This document shows, one piece after another, positions 40,529-49,997 of a stretch of 64,000 nt of DNA. The notes under the pieces were generated by a model. The model was not told where the DNA came from and ran no database searches. It worked only from the letters and a program-made list of their open reading frames with translations. Made by a program: the position numbers and the translations under genes. The DNA lies in NCBI GenBank assembly GCA_044229975.1, contig JBGARZ010000002.1:800001-864000 (forward strand), given 5' to 3'. How positions within the stretch are numbered: the first letter of the stretch is position 1; every line of letters begins with the position of its first letter. The DNA comes from Polyangiales bacterium. GTDB lineage: Bacteria; Myxococcota_A; Polyangia; Polyangiales; Ga0077539.

Positions 40529-41476
40529 TCAGCGACGGGACGCGAGGTGCGCCACGCTGTCGCCGCGGTGGATGCGGCCGATGGCGTCGGAGAGCAGGCC
40601 CGCCACGCTCACCACCTCGATGCGCGGGTCGCGCTTGGCCTCGGGCAAGGGGATCGAGTCGGTGATGAGCAGGCGCCGCAGCACCGACCCGCGCAGACGC
40701 TCGACCGCGCGGCCCGAGAGCACGCCGTGCACCGCGGCGGCCTCGACGGAGGCAGCACCAAGGCGCATCACGAGCTCGGCGGCTTCGAGGATGGTTCCGC
40801 CGGTGGCGATCTCGTCGTCGACGATGAGGGCGTGGCGACCGCGCACGTCACCGACGAGGGTGTGCGGGACGGCGTGCTCATCATCGCCCACGCGTCGCTT
40901 GTCGATGACCGCGAGCGGCACGCCGAGGTCGTGGGCGAAGCGCCCGGCGTCCTTCGCTTCGCCGATGTCGGTGGCGACCACCACGCGGTCTTCGCCGGTG
41001 TTGCTGGCGAGGCCGCGACCGAGCACCGGGATGGCGGTGACATGGTCGACGGGGATGCGGAAGAAGCCGTGGATCTGTGGTGAGTGGAGGTCCATCGCCA
41101 GGAGCCGCTGGGCGCCCGCGGTGGTGAGCAGATCGGCGACGAGGCGGGCCGTGATGGAGATGCCGGGCTCGTCCTGCTTGTCGGAGCGGACGTAGGGGAA
41201 GTAGGGCAGCACCGCCGTGACCCGACCCGCGCCGGCGCCGCGGAGCGCATCGATGAGGATGAGGGTCTCCATCAGCGACTCGTTGACGGGGGGACACGAC
41301 GTCTGGACGACGAAGACGTCGCGGTCGCGCACGTTCTCCTCGACGCAGACCTTCACGTTCTCGTTGGAGAAGCGGTTGAAGCGCACGCGCCCGACGGTCA
41401 CACCGAGGTGGCTCGCGATGGTGGCCGCGAGCGTGGGGTGGGAGCTGCCGGAGATGATGACGGGAGGGTGCGACAT
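40529..41476 (-). CDS. prs: Ribose-phosphate pyrophosphokinase
   Basis: PYFPYVRSDK, MDLHSPQIHGFF, IDKRR and IVDDEIATGGT motifs. Confidence 0.96.
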   Translation of the reverse strand: MSHPPVIISGSSHPTLAATIASHLGVTVGRVRFNRFSNENVKVCVEENVRDRDVFVVQTSCPPVNESLMETLILIDALRGAGAGRVTAVLPYFPYVRSDKQDEPGISITARLVADLLTTAGAQRLLAMDLHSPQIHGFFRIPVDHVTAIPVLGRGLASNTGEDRVVVATDIGEAKDAGRFAHDLGVPLAVIDKRRVGDDEHAVPHTLVGDVRGRHALIVDDEIATGGTILEAAELVMRLGAASVEAAAVHGVLSGRAVERLRGSVLRRLLITDSIPLPEAKRDPRIEVVSVAGLLSDAIGRIHRGDSVAHLASRR

Positions 41477-41574
41477 GGCGGGTTGGTCACCACGGGTACC
41501 GCAGGTCGGCGGGCGCGCGCCAGCGCACTTGACGGCGCGGTGACCCGCGGACGACCCTCGCAGAGCGTCCAGCG

Positions 41575-42258
41575 ATGACCCTCCCCCTCGACACGAAGCA
41601 ACGCGACGCGCTCATCGCGGCCCACAGCGGTCTGGTGCGGCGCGTGGCGAAGCTCATCTCGCGGGACGTTCCGCGGCACATCGGCGTCGATGACCTGATC
41701 AGCTTCGGGCAGCTCGGGCTCCTCGACGCGGCCAACAAGTACGACCCCACCAAGGGCGCGGCGTTTCCGACCTACGCCTACTACCGCATCCGCGGCGCGA
41801 TGCTCGATCAGGTGCGGAAGGACCACGGGCAGGACCCGATCTTCCGCGCCCGCATGGGTGCCCGCGCCGCCGTCGATGATCTGCTCGAACAGCGTGCGGC
41901 GGAAGGCCCCGCCTCGGCCGACGCGCTCGATGCTGCGCGCGCCCTCGCCGGGCTCCTCGAAGACACGGCGACGGCGCTGCTGCTGGAGGAGACGGCGAGC
42001 GCGCTTCAAGCCGAGCCGATCCCGTCGCCGGAAGAGGCGGCCATCGTGCGGGACACCGCGCGAGAGATTCGCGAGGTGCTCGACGACTTCCCCGAGCGCG
42101 AGCGCGGACTCGTCGAGAAGATCTACCTCGAAGGGTTCACCATGGAGCAGGCGGGCATCCAGCTCGGCATGACCAAGGGGTGGGCCAGCCGCCTGCACGC
42201 GCGCGCCCTCGGTCGGCTGCGCGAGCGGCTCGGGCACTACGCGTCAGCGGACCCCTGA
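41575..42258 (+). CDS. RNA polymerase sigma factor, FliA/WhiG-like (group 3)
   Basis: DDLISFGQLGLLDAANKYDP..FPTYAYYRIRGAMLD (region 2) and region 4 TMEQAG..GWASRLHARAL. Confidence 0.9.
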   Translation: MTLPLDTKQRDALIAAHSGLVRRVAKLISRDVPRHIGVDDLISFGQLGLLDAANKYDPTKGAAFPTYAYYRIRGAMLDQVRKDHGQDPIFRARMGARAAVDDLLEQRAAEGPASADALDAARALAGLLEDTATALLLEETASALQAEPIPSPEEAAIVRDTAREIREVLDDFPERERGLVEKIYLEGFTMEQAGIQLGMTKGWASRLHARALGRLRERLGHYASADP

Positions 42259-42447
42259 CGCGCCCCCGTCGCCGTAGCGCACGACGGGCGTGCGGTGGCG
42301 GATTCCCGTTCGGTCCGCGAAGACGGCCTGCACGATGATGACGGCGGTGAGCAGCACCGCGAGCGCGAGCACCGCCGCGAGGGCGCGGCGACCGGAGATC
42401 TGGGAGGGTTCGGGGCGGCGGCTCACGGGACGCGAGTAGAGGGTCAA
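42244..42447 (-). CDS. Small single-TM membrane protein (start uncertain)
   Basis: ALAAVLALAVLLTAVIIVQAVF hydrophobic helix. The start overlaps the upstream stop. Confidence 0.5.
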   Translation of the reverse strand: MTLYSRPVSRRPEPSQISGRRALAAVLALAVLLTAVIIVQAVFADRTGIRHRTPVVRYGDGGASGVR

Positions 42448-42908
42448 CGACCGCCGTCGGGCAAGGCCGGAGCGCAGGGGCGCACGACCGCACCGCCGAG
42501 GAAGCGATCGAGCGTGGCGGCCTCACACCCGTCGATCGCGAAGGCACCGGCACCGGCGTGAGAGGCACCGGTGACGCGGGGCCAGGGTGATCCACGGGCC
42601 GCATCACCCGAGCGGGAGAGCGCGCGCACGAGGTCGAACTCGGACAGGAGCTCCGCGGAGGTTGGCGAGGTTGCGAGGTGGAAGGGCGCGGTGCCGCCGT
42701 GACAGCGGAGGTCGGCGCACCCGGCGCGGCGAAACATCGGGGCGACGGCCGTGACGTAGCTCGCGGCGTCGAGGGCGACCGTGGGCGGTGGTGGGGGTCG
42801 GTCGAGACGCCAGCGTGCGAAGGCGAGGCCCGCGAGCGCCGCCACGGCGAGAGCCAAGGGGACCTTCGGCGAGGGCAGGCGGTGGTCGTAGTGCGAGCGG
42901 CGCGGCAT
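42444..42908 (-). CDS. Membrane-anchored hypothetical protein with CX4CH motif (possible c-type cytochrome domain)
   Basis: Start MPRRSHYD, TM VPLALAVAALAGLAFA, CADLRCHGG and a distal HAG. Confidence 0.65.
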   Translation of the reverse strand: MPRRSHYDHRLPSPKVPLALAVAALAGLAFARWRLDRPPPPPTVALDAASYVTAVAPMFRRAGCADLRCHGGTAPFHLATSPTSAELLSEFDLVRALSRSGDAARGSPWPRVTGASHAGAGAFAIDGCEAATLDRFLGGAVVRPCAPALPDGGR

Positions 42909-43001
42909 CGGGACCGACGAGCGGTAGCAGACGAGGGGCGGTGGGGGCGAGCCCGGCGGCGCTTGTGGGCGCGACGAGGGAGGCGGTACGGTGCGTCGGC
43001 C

Positions 43002-44591
43002 ATGGCGGAGGCTCCACAGATCTTTCATTTCAACGGCGAGCGAACGTCCATCGTCGAGGACGTGGTCTCGCGCGTGACGCAGGGGGCGCGCGACCCGCTG
43101 CTGCTGCTCAACGACGCCGCGTGGTGCGAGATCCGTCGGCTGGAGGCGCGGCCCGGCAGCGAGCGCGCGGAGTACGAACGGTTTCGCGAGCTGTCGCGCA
43201 CCATCGGCAAGCTCTCGGACTCCGAGCGACGGCGGCGCGTCGAGGAGGTCGCTCGCGTCTATGCGCGCGACGTGGCGGGCAACTTCAACCCGCGGGTGTA
43301 CGCGCTCTCGACGAAGGTGCTGCCCGCGGCGCTCTCGCTCCTGCTCTCGCCGAAAGACCTCTCGCTGGGCATGCGCGCGCAGGGGAAGCTCCGCGAGCAC
43401 ATCGTCACGCAGGGTCCCGTCGAGCGCATTCGCGCGCTGTCGAAGATCGGCACGGTGATCTTCGTCCCGACGCACCTGTCCAACCTCGACTCGGTAGCAT
43501 TCGGCTTCGCGCTCGACCGCGAGGGCCTTCCGCCCGCCACCTACGGCGCCGGGAAGAACCTCTTCACCAACCCCTTCCTCTCGTACTTCATGCAGAACCT
43601 CGGCGCCTATCGCGTCGACCGCCGCATCCGTCACGACCTCTACAAAGAGGTGCTCAAGACCTACTCCAGCGTGCTCATCGAGCGCGGCTACCACTCGCTG
43701 TTCTTCCCGGGCGGCACGCGCTCGCGCTCGGGGATGGTGGAGGAGAAGCTCAAGCTCGGGTTGCTCGGCACCGGGGTCGAGGCCTTCGTGCACTCGGTGC
43801 GCGCGGGTCACCCGCGGCGGGTCTTCGTGGTGCCCGCCACCATCAACTACATGCTCACGCTGGAGGCCTCGACGCTCATCGCCGACTACCTCGCCGAGGT
43901 GGGCCGCAACCGCTACATCATCGAGGACGACGAGAGCACCCGCGTCGAGCGCGTGGTCACCCTCGTCCGCAAGCTCGTGATGACCACCGGGTCGGTGGTC
44001 ATCCGCTTCGGCGAGCCGATGGACCCGTTTACCAACCGGGTGCTCGACGACGGCCGCTCGGTCGACGCCCGCGGCCGCACCGTCGACCCCGCGAGCTACG
44101 TCACGCGCGACGGCGAGGCCGTCATCGACGAGGCGCGCGACGCTCAGTACACCCGCGAGCTCGGTGAGGCCATCTGCCGCTCGTACGCCAGGGAGACGGT
44201 GCTGCTCGCGTCGCACCTCGTCGCGGGCGCCGCGTTTGGGAAGCTGCGTGACTCCTTCCCGGGCGAAGACCTCTTCAAGCTCTTGCGTCACCGCGACGAG
44301 GTGTTTGTGCCCACCGAAGAGCTGGAGCGACGCGTGGCCGAGCTCGTCGAGCGCGCCTCCGTGCTCGAAGACCGCGGGGCCGCGGTGCTCGGTCCAGGCA
44401 TGCGCGGCGCGAGCGCGGCGACCATCATCGACGCCGCGACGCGGGCCTGGTCGGGCTACCACAGCAACGCCGTGCTTCGACCCGCCCAGGGGGGCGTGGT
44501 GCTCGGCGACACCAACCTCTTGCTCTACTACCAGAACCGCCTCGCGGTGAGCGGCCTCGGCTTCCATCCGGCCGCGCGGAGGAGCTCATGA
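43002..44591 (+). CDS. plsB: Glycerol-3-phosphate O-acyltransferase (PlsB/GPAT-like)
   Basis: FVPTHLSNLD (Hx4D), GAGKNL, GAYRVDR and FFPGGTRSRSG motifs. Start re-picked at MAEAPQIF. Confidence 0.85.
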   Translation: MAEAPQIFHFNGERTSIVEDVVSRVTQGARDPLLLLNDAAWCEIRRLEARPGSERAEYERFRELSRTIGKLSDSERRRRVEEVARVYARDVAGNFNPRVYALSTKVLPAALSLLLSPKDLSLGMRAQGKLREHIVTQGPVERIRALSKIGTVIFVPTHLSNLDSVAFGFALDREGLPPATYGAGKNLFTNPFLSYFMQNLGAYRVDRRIRHDLYKEVLKTYSSVLIERGYHSLFFPGGTRSRSGMVEEKLKLGLLGTGVEAFVHSVRAGHPRRVFVVPATINYMLTLEASTLIADYLAEVGRNRYIIEDDESTRVERVVTLVRKLVMTTGSVVIRFGEPMDPFTNRVLDDGRSVDARGRTVDPASYVTRDGEAVIDEARDAQYTRELGEAICRSYARETVLLASHLVAGAAFGKLRDSFPGEDLFKLLRHRDEVFVPTEELERRVAELVERASVLEDRGAAVLGPGMRGASAATIIDAATRAWSGYHSNAVLRPAQGGVVLGDTNLLLYYQNRLAVSGLGFHPAARRSS

Positions 44592-45535
44592 GCACGCCAG
44601 CGTCGACTCCCGTCGGCATCCTGGGCGGAGGCCGCTGGGGTCTCGCGCTCGCCTGCGCGGTCGCCCGCAACGGTCACCCCACGATGCTCCACTCGCGCCG
44701 CCACGACCGGCCCGATGACCTATCCCCCGAGGTCGCGATCACCACCGACCTCGGCGCCCTCGCCCGTCACGCGCGGTTGTTGCTGGTGGCGGTTCCGTCG
44801 GCGGTGGTGCGCGACGTCGCGCGCTCGCTCGGGGACGTGGTCGACGGGAGCCACCTGCTCGCACACGCCGTCCGCGGACTGTCCGGCGAAGGGCTCGCGA
44901 CCCTTTCGGAAGTACTTCGTGAAGAGACCCCGTGCCGGCGCGTGGGTGCCATCGGCGGTCCTGCCCTCGCCGACGACCTCATCGTCGGTCGACCGTCGGT
45001 GCTCGCCGTCGCGTCGCGCTATCCGGAGGTCACCGACGCGGTGAGCGGCGTGCTGCAAGGTCCGCTGCTGCGCGTCTCGGTGAGCCGCGACCTCGTGGGC
45101 CTGGAGTGGGCGAGCGCGCTCAACGGGGCGCTCTTCGTGGCCCTCGGCTACGCGCGGGCCATCGGTGTCTCGCCCGCGCTCCTCGGTGGGTTCCTCACGC
45201 GGGGACTTCATGAAGCGGCGCGCATCGCGGTCGCGGCGGGCGCCGACGAGCGGAGCCTCTTCGAGGTCGCGGGCGTGGGCGATCTGCTCGCGGCGATGGG
45301 CCAGGAAGACCGCCCCGAGTGCCTCCTCGGCGCGGCCCTCGCGGGCGGCGCGACGCTGGAGCAGGCGCTCGCGGCGTCGTCGCTGAGAGTCGAAGCGCCG
45401 ACCCTGGTGCCGCGCGTGGTGGCCTTCGCGAAGGAGCGGCGCGTCGACGCGACGATCTTCGCGACGCTCGACGCGGTGTTCGCAGGAAAGCTCGATCGCG
45501 AGGCCGTGCTCGCGGGGCTGATGCGACGCCGCTGA
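44588..45535 (+). CDS. gpsA: NAD(P)H-dependent glycerol-3-phosphate dehydrogenase homolog with degenerate active site
   Basis: ILGGGRWGLALA, LVAVPS, GGPALA, DLVGLEW and AGVGDL match the GpsA layout, but ALKN and SRN are altered. ATGA coupling to plsB. Confidence 0.78.
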   Translation: MSTPASTPVGILGGGRWGLALACAVARNGHPTMLHSRRHDRPDDLSPEVAITTDLGALARHARLLLVAVPSAVVRDVARSLGDVVDGSHLLAHAVRGLSGEGLATLSEVLREETPCRRVGAIGGPALADDLIVGRPSVLAVASRYPEVTDAVSGVLQGPLLRVSVSRDLVGLEWASALNGALFVALGYARAIGVSPALLGGFLTRGLHEAARIAVAAGADERSLFEVAGVGDLLAAMGQEDRPECLLGAALAGGATLEQALAASSLRVEAPTLVPRVVAFAKERRVDATIFATLDAVFAGKLDREAVLAGLMRRR

Positions 45536-45598
45536 TCGTCCTCGCGCGCGGCGGCGACGATGTCGTCTGCGCTCCGACGGACGACCCGAGCGCGGCAC

Positions 45599-45618
45599 AT
45601 CGTGAGATTCGTCACGAT
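45599..45618. promoter_or_regulatory. Palindrome matching the CRP-box core GTGA-N6-TCAC (alternatively the gpsA terminator)
   Basis: ATCGTGA-GATTCG-TCACGAT followed by ATTTTTGACG, in the only AT-rich patch of a 306-nt intergenic region. Confidence 0.55.
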
Positions 45619-45841
45619 ATTTTTGACGGTGCCGTTGGCGTCATGGAGAAGGGGATCCTCAGCGCGCGCTTGAGCCCTTCGCAGGAGCTCCAGCGAGGCA
45701 CTGAAAACGTTTCTGGGCAGGGACCTCCGGTCGTGGGGGCGTCGCGATCGGGTCGCGCGCCGAGTCACGTCGGTCGGTCATTGCTCACGATCCGCGCGGA
45801 CGAGCGCGGGTCACCAACTTCGATTCGGGAGGACCGCGACC

Positions 45842-46371
<530 letters not shown>

Positions 46372-46384
<13 letters not shown>

Positions 46385-47940
46385 TCGGCGATCACGTAGA
46401 CCCAGCCGATCTCCATCTCCCTCGCCGCAAACCGCGGCACCGTCACCGACCGCCCCGCCTCCATCACGCAGCGCTCCACGGCCGACCCGCGGAGCGCTTC
46501 TCCCACGCGCACCAGCCGCACCGTCCCGTCTCCCCGCACCGTCAGCGTCACCGGCAGCGAGCCGAAGAACCGCGGCCCCGCGCACGCCCTCGCCCGCGGC
46601 TCGAAGGCGATCATCACCGATCGCTGCTGCGTGACCGAGAGGCGCTGCGGGAGCGTGCGCGCGTCCTGATCGGCGAGGCTCACCGGGTCGGCCCGGAGCA
46701 CACCCGCGTCGACGCGACCGCTCGCAACCAGCGGGCGGCGCACGGGTCGATCGTGCGCGGGGCCGGGCCGGAGCTTCGTCCACGCCGCGACGCCCACGAC
46801 CACGAAGAGCGCGAGCGAGGCGAGCACCCAGCGCCAGGAGTCGCGCCCGGAGGGCAGCGTGACCGGGAGCGCGCGCGGCGCGGCGGGGGGCTCGGTGAAG
46901 GGCGCCTCGACGTTGGTGTCGAGCACGAAGTCGAGCCCGGGCGCGACGGGCGGCGCGATGGGTCCCACCGGCGCAGAGGCCAGCGTGTCGGGCGCGTCGG
47001 GCTCCACGATCGGGATGTCGTCGAGCGTGACCGAGGCGTCCTGATCGCCCGCCGCATCGAGGGCCTCGCGGAGCGAGCGCGCGGTGGCGAAGCGCTGGTC
47101 GGGCGACCGCGCGAGGCAGCGGTGCACGAGCGCGCACCACGCAGCCGGGAGGTCGGGCCGGTGCGTGGCGAGCGGGGTCGGCGTCTCCGTGGCCACGGCG
47201 ACGATGACCGCCGCTGGACCGTTGCCACGGAAGGGCCTCACCCCCGCGAGCATCTCGTAGAGCAGCACGCCCACCGACCAGAGGTCGGCCCGGGCGTCGA
47301 CGGACTGCGCCCCGCGGGCCTGCTCGGGCGCCATGTAATCGGGCGTCCCGAGGAGCATGCCGTCGCGCGTGAGCGGACCGTCCTTGTCGTCCTCCTTCGG
47401 GCCACGCGCCTCGACCTTCGAGATGCCGAAGTCGATGAGCTTGGGCACCTCGGCGCCCGCCACGAGGGCGAGCATCACGTTGCCGGGCTTCAGGTCGCGG
47501 TGCACCACGCCCTGCTCGTGCGCGGCACCGAGGCCGTCGAGCACGGGTCCCATCACCGCGCGCACCTCCTGGGTGGTCATGCGCCGACGGGTCTTCATGC
47601 GGGCGCGGAGGTCGTCGCCGTCGAGGAGTTCTTCGATGAGGTAGAGGCGCCCGCTGTCGGCGTCGATGCCGACGTCGATGACCTCGACGACGTTGGGGTG
47701 GCGCACCCGCGACGCGGCCTTGGCCTCGCGCACGAGGCGATCGGCGAGGCCCTTCACCTGGCGCGAGTCGCTGAGCAGCAGCTTCACCGCGAAGCGACGG
47801 TCGGTGAGCTCGTGCTGGGCCTCGTAGACGGCGCCGTGACCGCCGACGCCGAGCACCCGCAGCAGGCGGTAGCGCGACGCGATGAGCTTGCCGACCCAGC
47901 GCGGCGCCTCTGGGGCTGGGGCCTCGACAGGGGCAGTCAT
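46372..47940 (-). CDS. Membrane Ser/Thr protein kinase with C-terminal AgmX/TonB-C-like domain
   Basis: [23 protein letters not shown] and GTPDYMAPE motifs, [19 protein letters not shown], and a two-Cys C-terminal domain. Start re-picked at MTAPVEA. Confidence 0.93.
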
Positions 47941-49964
47941 CGAACCACAGGCGTGGGCGTCGGGGCGGGGTCGGGCGAGCGCGACGAGGCGACGAGCCCG
48001 AGGAGGAAGGCCGCCACCGCCACGAAGAGCGCGAGCGCGACGAAGAGCGCCACGGGGGTCTTGCGCGGAGTGTTGGGCGGGAGCGCCGGCGGCGCGGAGG
48101 AGGCGTCCCAGGGGCGGGCGTCGACGCGACCGGCGGCGGCCACCATCGCGAAGGGATCGGCGGGAGCCCTCGGCGGCGCGGCGTAGGTCGGCGGCGCGGC
48201 GGGAGGCGCCTGGAAGGCCACCGGCTGGAGGTGGGGAGCGCTGTCCCATGCTGACGGATGCACCGGCGCGGCGTAGGCCGCGAGCGCGGCGACGACTGGT
48301 GGCGGTGCGGCCTCCAGCGAGATGGGCTGGGTGGCGGCGGCGAGGGAGACGGGCGCAGGAAAGGGTGCGCTGACCACCGACGGCTGCGAACCCCAGGAGG
48401 GCTCCGACCACTCACCGTGGGGCAACCGCGACGGACCTGACGACGGCGCAGGAACGGGCAGCGGCCCCACGCGGGTCGGGTCGGGGGCGTCAAAGGGCGA
48501 GAGCTCGGTGCGCTCGGCGTCGGCGAGGGAGATCTTTCCGGCGTGCGGTCCTTCGGGGAGCGCGACCAGGGCCGTGGGCGCGTCGAGGTCCGACAGGGCG
48601 GAAGGCGCTGCGGGAAAGCCGGGGTCGAGGGTGGTGGCCGCGGCGTCGTCGAGGGACACCTTGGCGGGTCTCGTCGGGGCGGACGGTGGCGCACCGAAGG
48701 AGTGACCATCGAGTCCGGCCGTGCTTCGTCGCGGACGCGGCGGAGCATCGGGACGACCAGCGCCGAGCACCGACCCCACGCCGAGTTGCATCCCCTTCGG
48801 GACGGGCGGCGGTCCGGCCGGCGTGCTGGGCGGAGGCGCGTGTGCGACGACCGGTGGAGGCGCATGGACAACCGGCAGGGGCGGCGTCGCGAGAGACAAC
48901 GCGGGCACCGGCGGGGCGAGCGGTTGCAGCGACGGAAGCTCCATCGGAACCAACGGCGCGAGCGGCTCTTCCACTGCGAGGCTCACCGAGGCCGAGGCAC
49001 CCCACGACGCCGCGCGGAGCATCTCGCGGAGGCGCTCGGCGTCCGCGGGGCGAGCCTCGGGGCGACGCGCCAGGGCCTGCGCGAGGGCAGCCCAGATGGA
49101 AGGGTCGACGTCGGCGCGCAGGGCCGTGATGGCGGCGTGCACTTCGGATTCCTTCTGCGCCACGAAGTGGGCCCAGCTCCGGTGCCCGCGCGGGCGCGCT
49201 GCGTCCGGGACCAGCAGCCGCAGCACCAGCACCGCCGCCGCGAACACGTCCGTCGCCGCGTTGCGGAGCGACGGCTCGCGGACGTGCTCCGGCGCGCCGT
49301 ACTCCGATGGGGAGCTGTCGACGAGGGCCGCGGCGTCCTTCTCGGCGGAGAGCCCGACGTCGATGACCCGCACCTCCGGGTCGCGCCCCACCTCGATGCG
49401 CACACGCGCCGCCTCGTGGTGGAGGGCGCCGTGGATGAGCGCGCCCGGAGAGCGCTGCCGATGCCCCGCGCCGACGGCGGCGAGCAGGCGATCGGCCACG
49501 CCGAAGACGGTGCGGAGCTGCGTCGCATCACCCGCGGCGCGGACAGAAGCGAGCCATTCTCCGAGGCCGACGGACTCCCAGGCGTCGTACACGACCAGCG
49601 GCTGCGCGCCGGAGGTGTTGACCTCGATGATGGGGAGGTTGTTGGGGTGCTGGAGCTTCGTCAGCCGGTCGCCGAGGAGCTTGAGCGCGGCCATGCGCTC
49701 GGTGCGCCGACCCGACGGCGCGGGGAGGATCTTCACCGTGACCGACGCGCGCGGGCGCTGGGTGTCGACGGCGCGCCAGCACTCGCCCACGCCCCAGTGG
49801 GAGAGCCTCGCCTCCAGGCGATAGCGACCCTCGAGCACCGCTCCAACGGCGCGGTCGGCGGTGCTCACCCTTCCGACCTCCGTCCCGCCGTGCTCGTCGA
49901 CGCCTGCATCACCATCGGTCTCGACTTTAGACGCCACCGCGCGAACGCGGCGGAAATCTGTCAC
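47937..49964 (-). CDS. Ser/Thr pseudokinase with Pro-rich linker and C-terminal TM helix
   Basis: [26 protein letters not shown] (no HRD or N), IDVG, YGAPE and TDVFA. Start is uncertain. Confidence 0.82.
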   Translation of the reverse strand: MTDFRRVRAVASKVETDGDAGVDEHGGTEVGRVSTADRAVGAVLEGRYRLEARLSHWGVGECWRAVDTQRPRASVTVKILPAPSGRRTERMAALKLLGDRLTKLQHPNNLPIIEVNTSGAQPLVVYDAWESVGLGEWLASVRAAGDATQLRTVFGVADRLLAAVGAGHRQRSPGALIHGALHHEAARVRIEVGRDPEVRVIDVGLSAEKDAAALVDSSPSEYGAPEHVREPSLRNAATDVFAAAVLVLRLLVPDAARPRGHRSWAHFVAQKESEVHAAITALRADVDPSIWAALAQALARRPEARPADAERLREMLRAASWGASASVSLAVEEPLAPLVPMELPSLQPLAPPVPALSLATPPLPVVHAPPPVVAHAPPPSTPAGPPPVPKGMQLGVGSVLGAGRPDAPPRPRRSTAGLDGHSFGAPPSAPTRPAKVSLDDAAATTLDPGFPAAPSALSDLDAPTALVALPEGPHAGKISLADAERTELSPFDAPDPTRVGPLPVPAPSSGPSRLPHGEWSEPSWGSQPSVVSAPFPAPVSLAAATQPISLEAAPPPVVAALAAYAAPVHPSAWDSAPHLQPVAFQAPPAAPPTYAAPPRAPADPFAMVAAAGRVDARPWDASSAPPALPPNTPRKTPVALFVALALFVAVAAFLLGLVASSRSPDPAPTPTPVVR

Positions 49965-49997
49965 GCGCGTTCGCCAACCCCACGAGGGACGCTCGGG

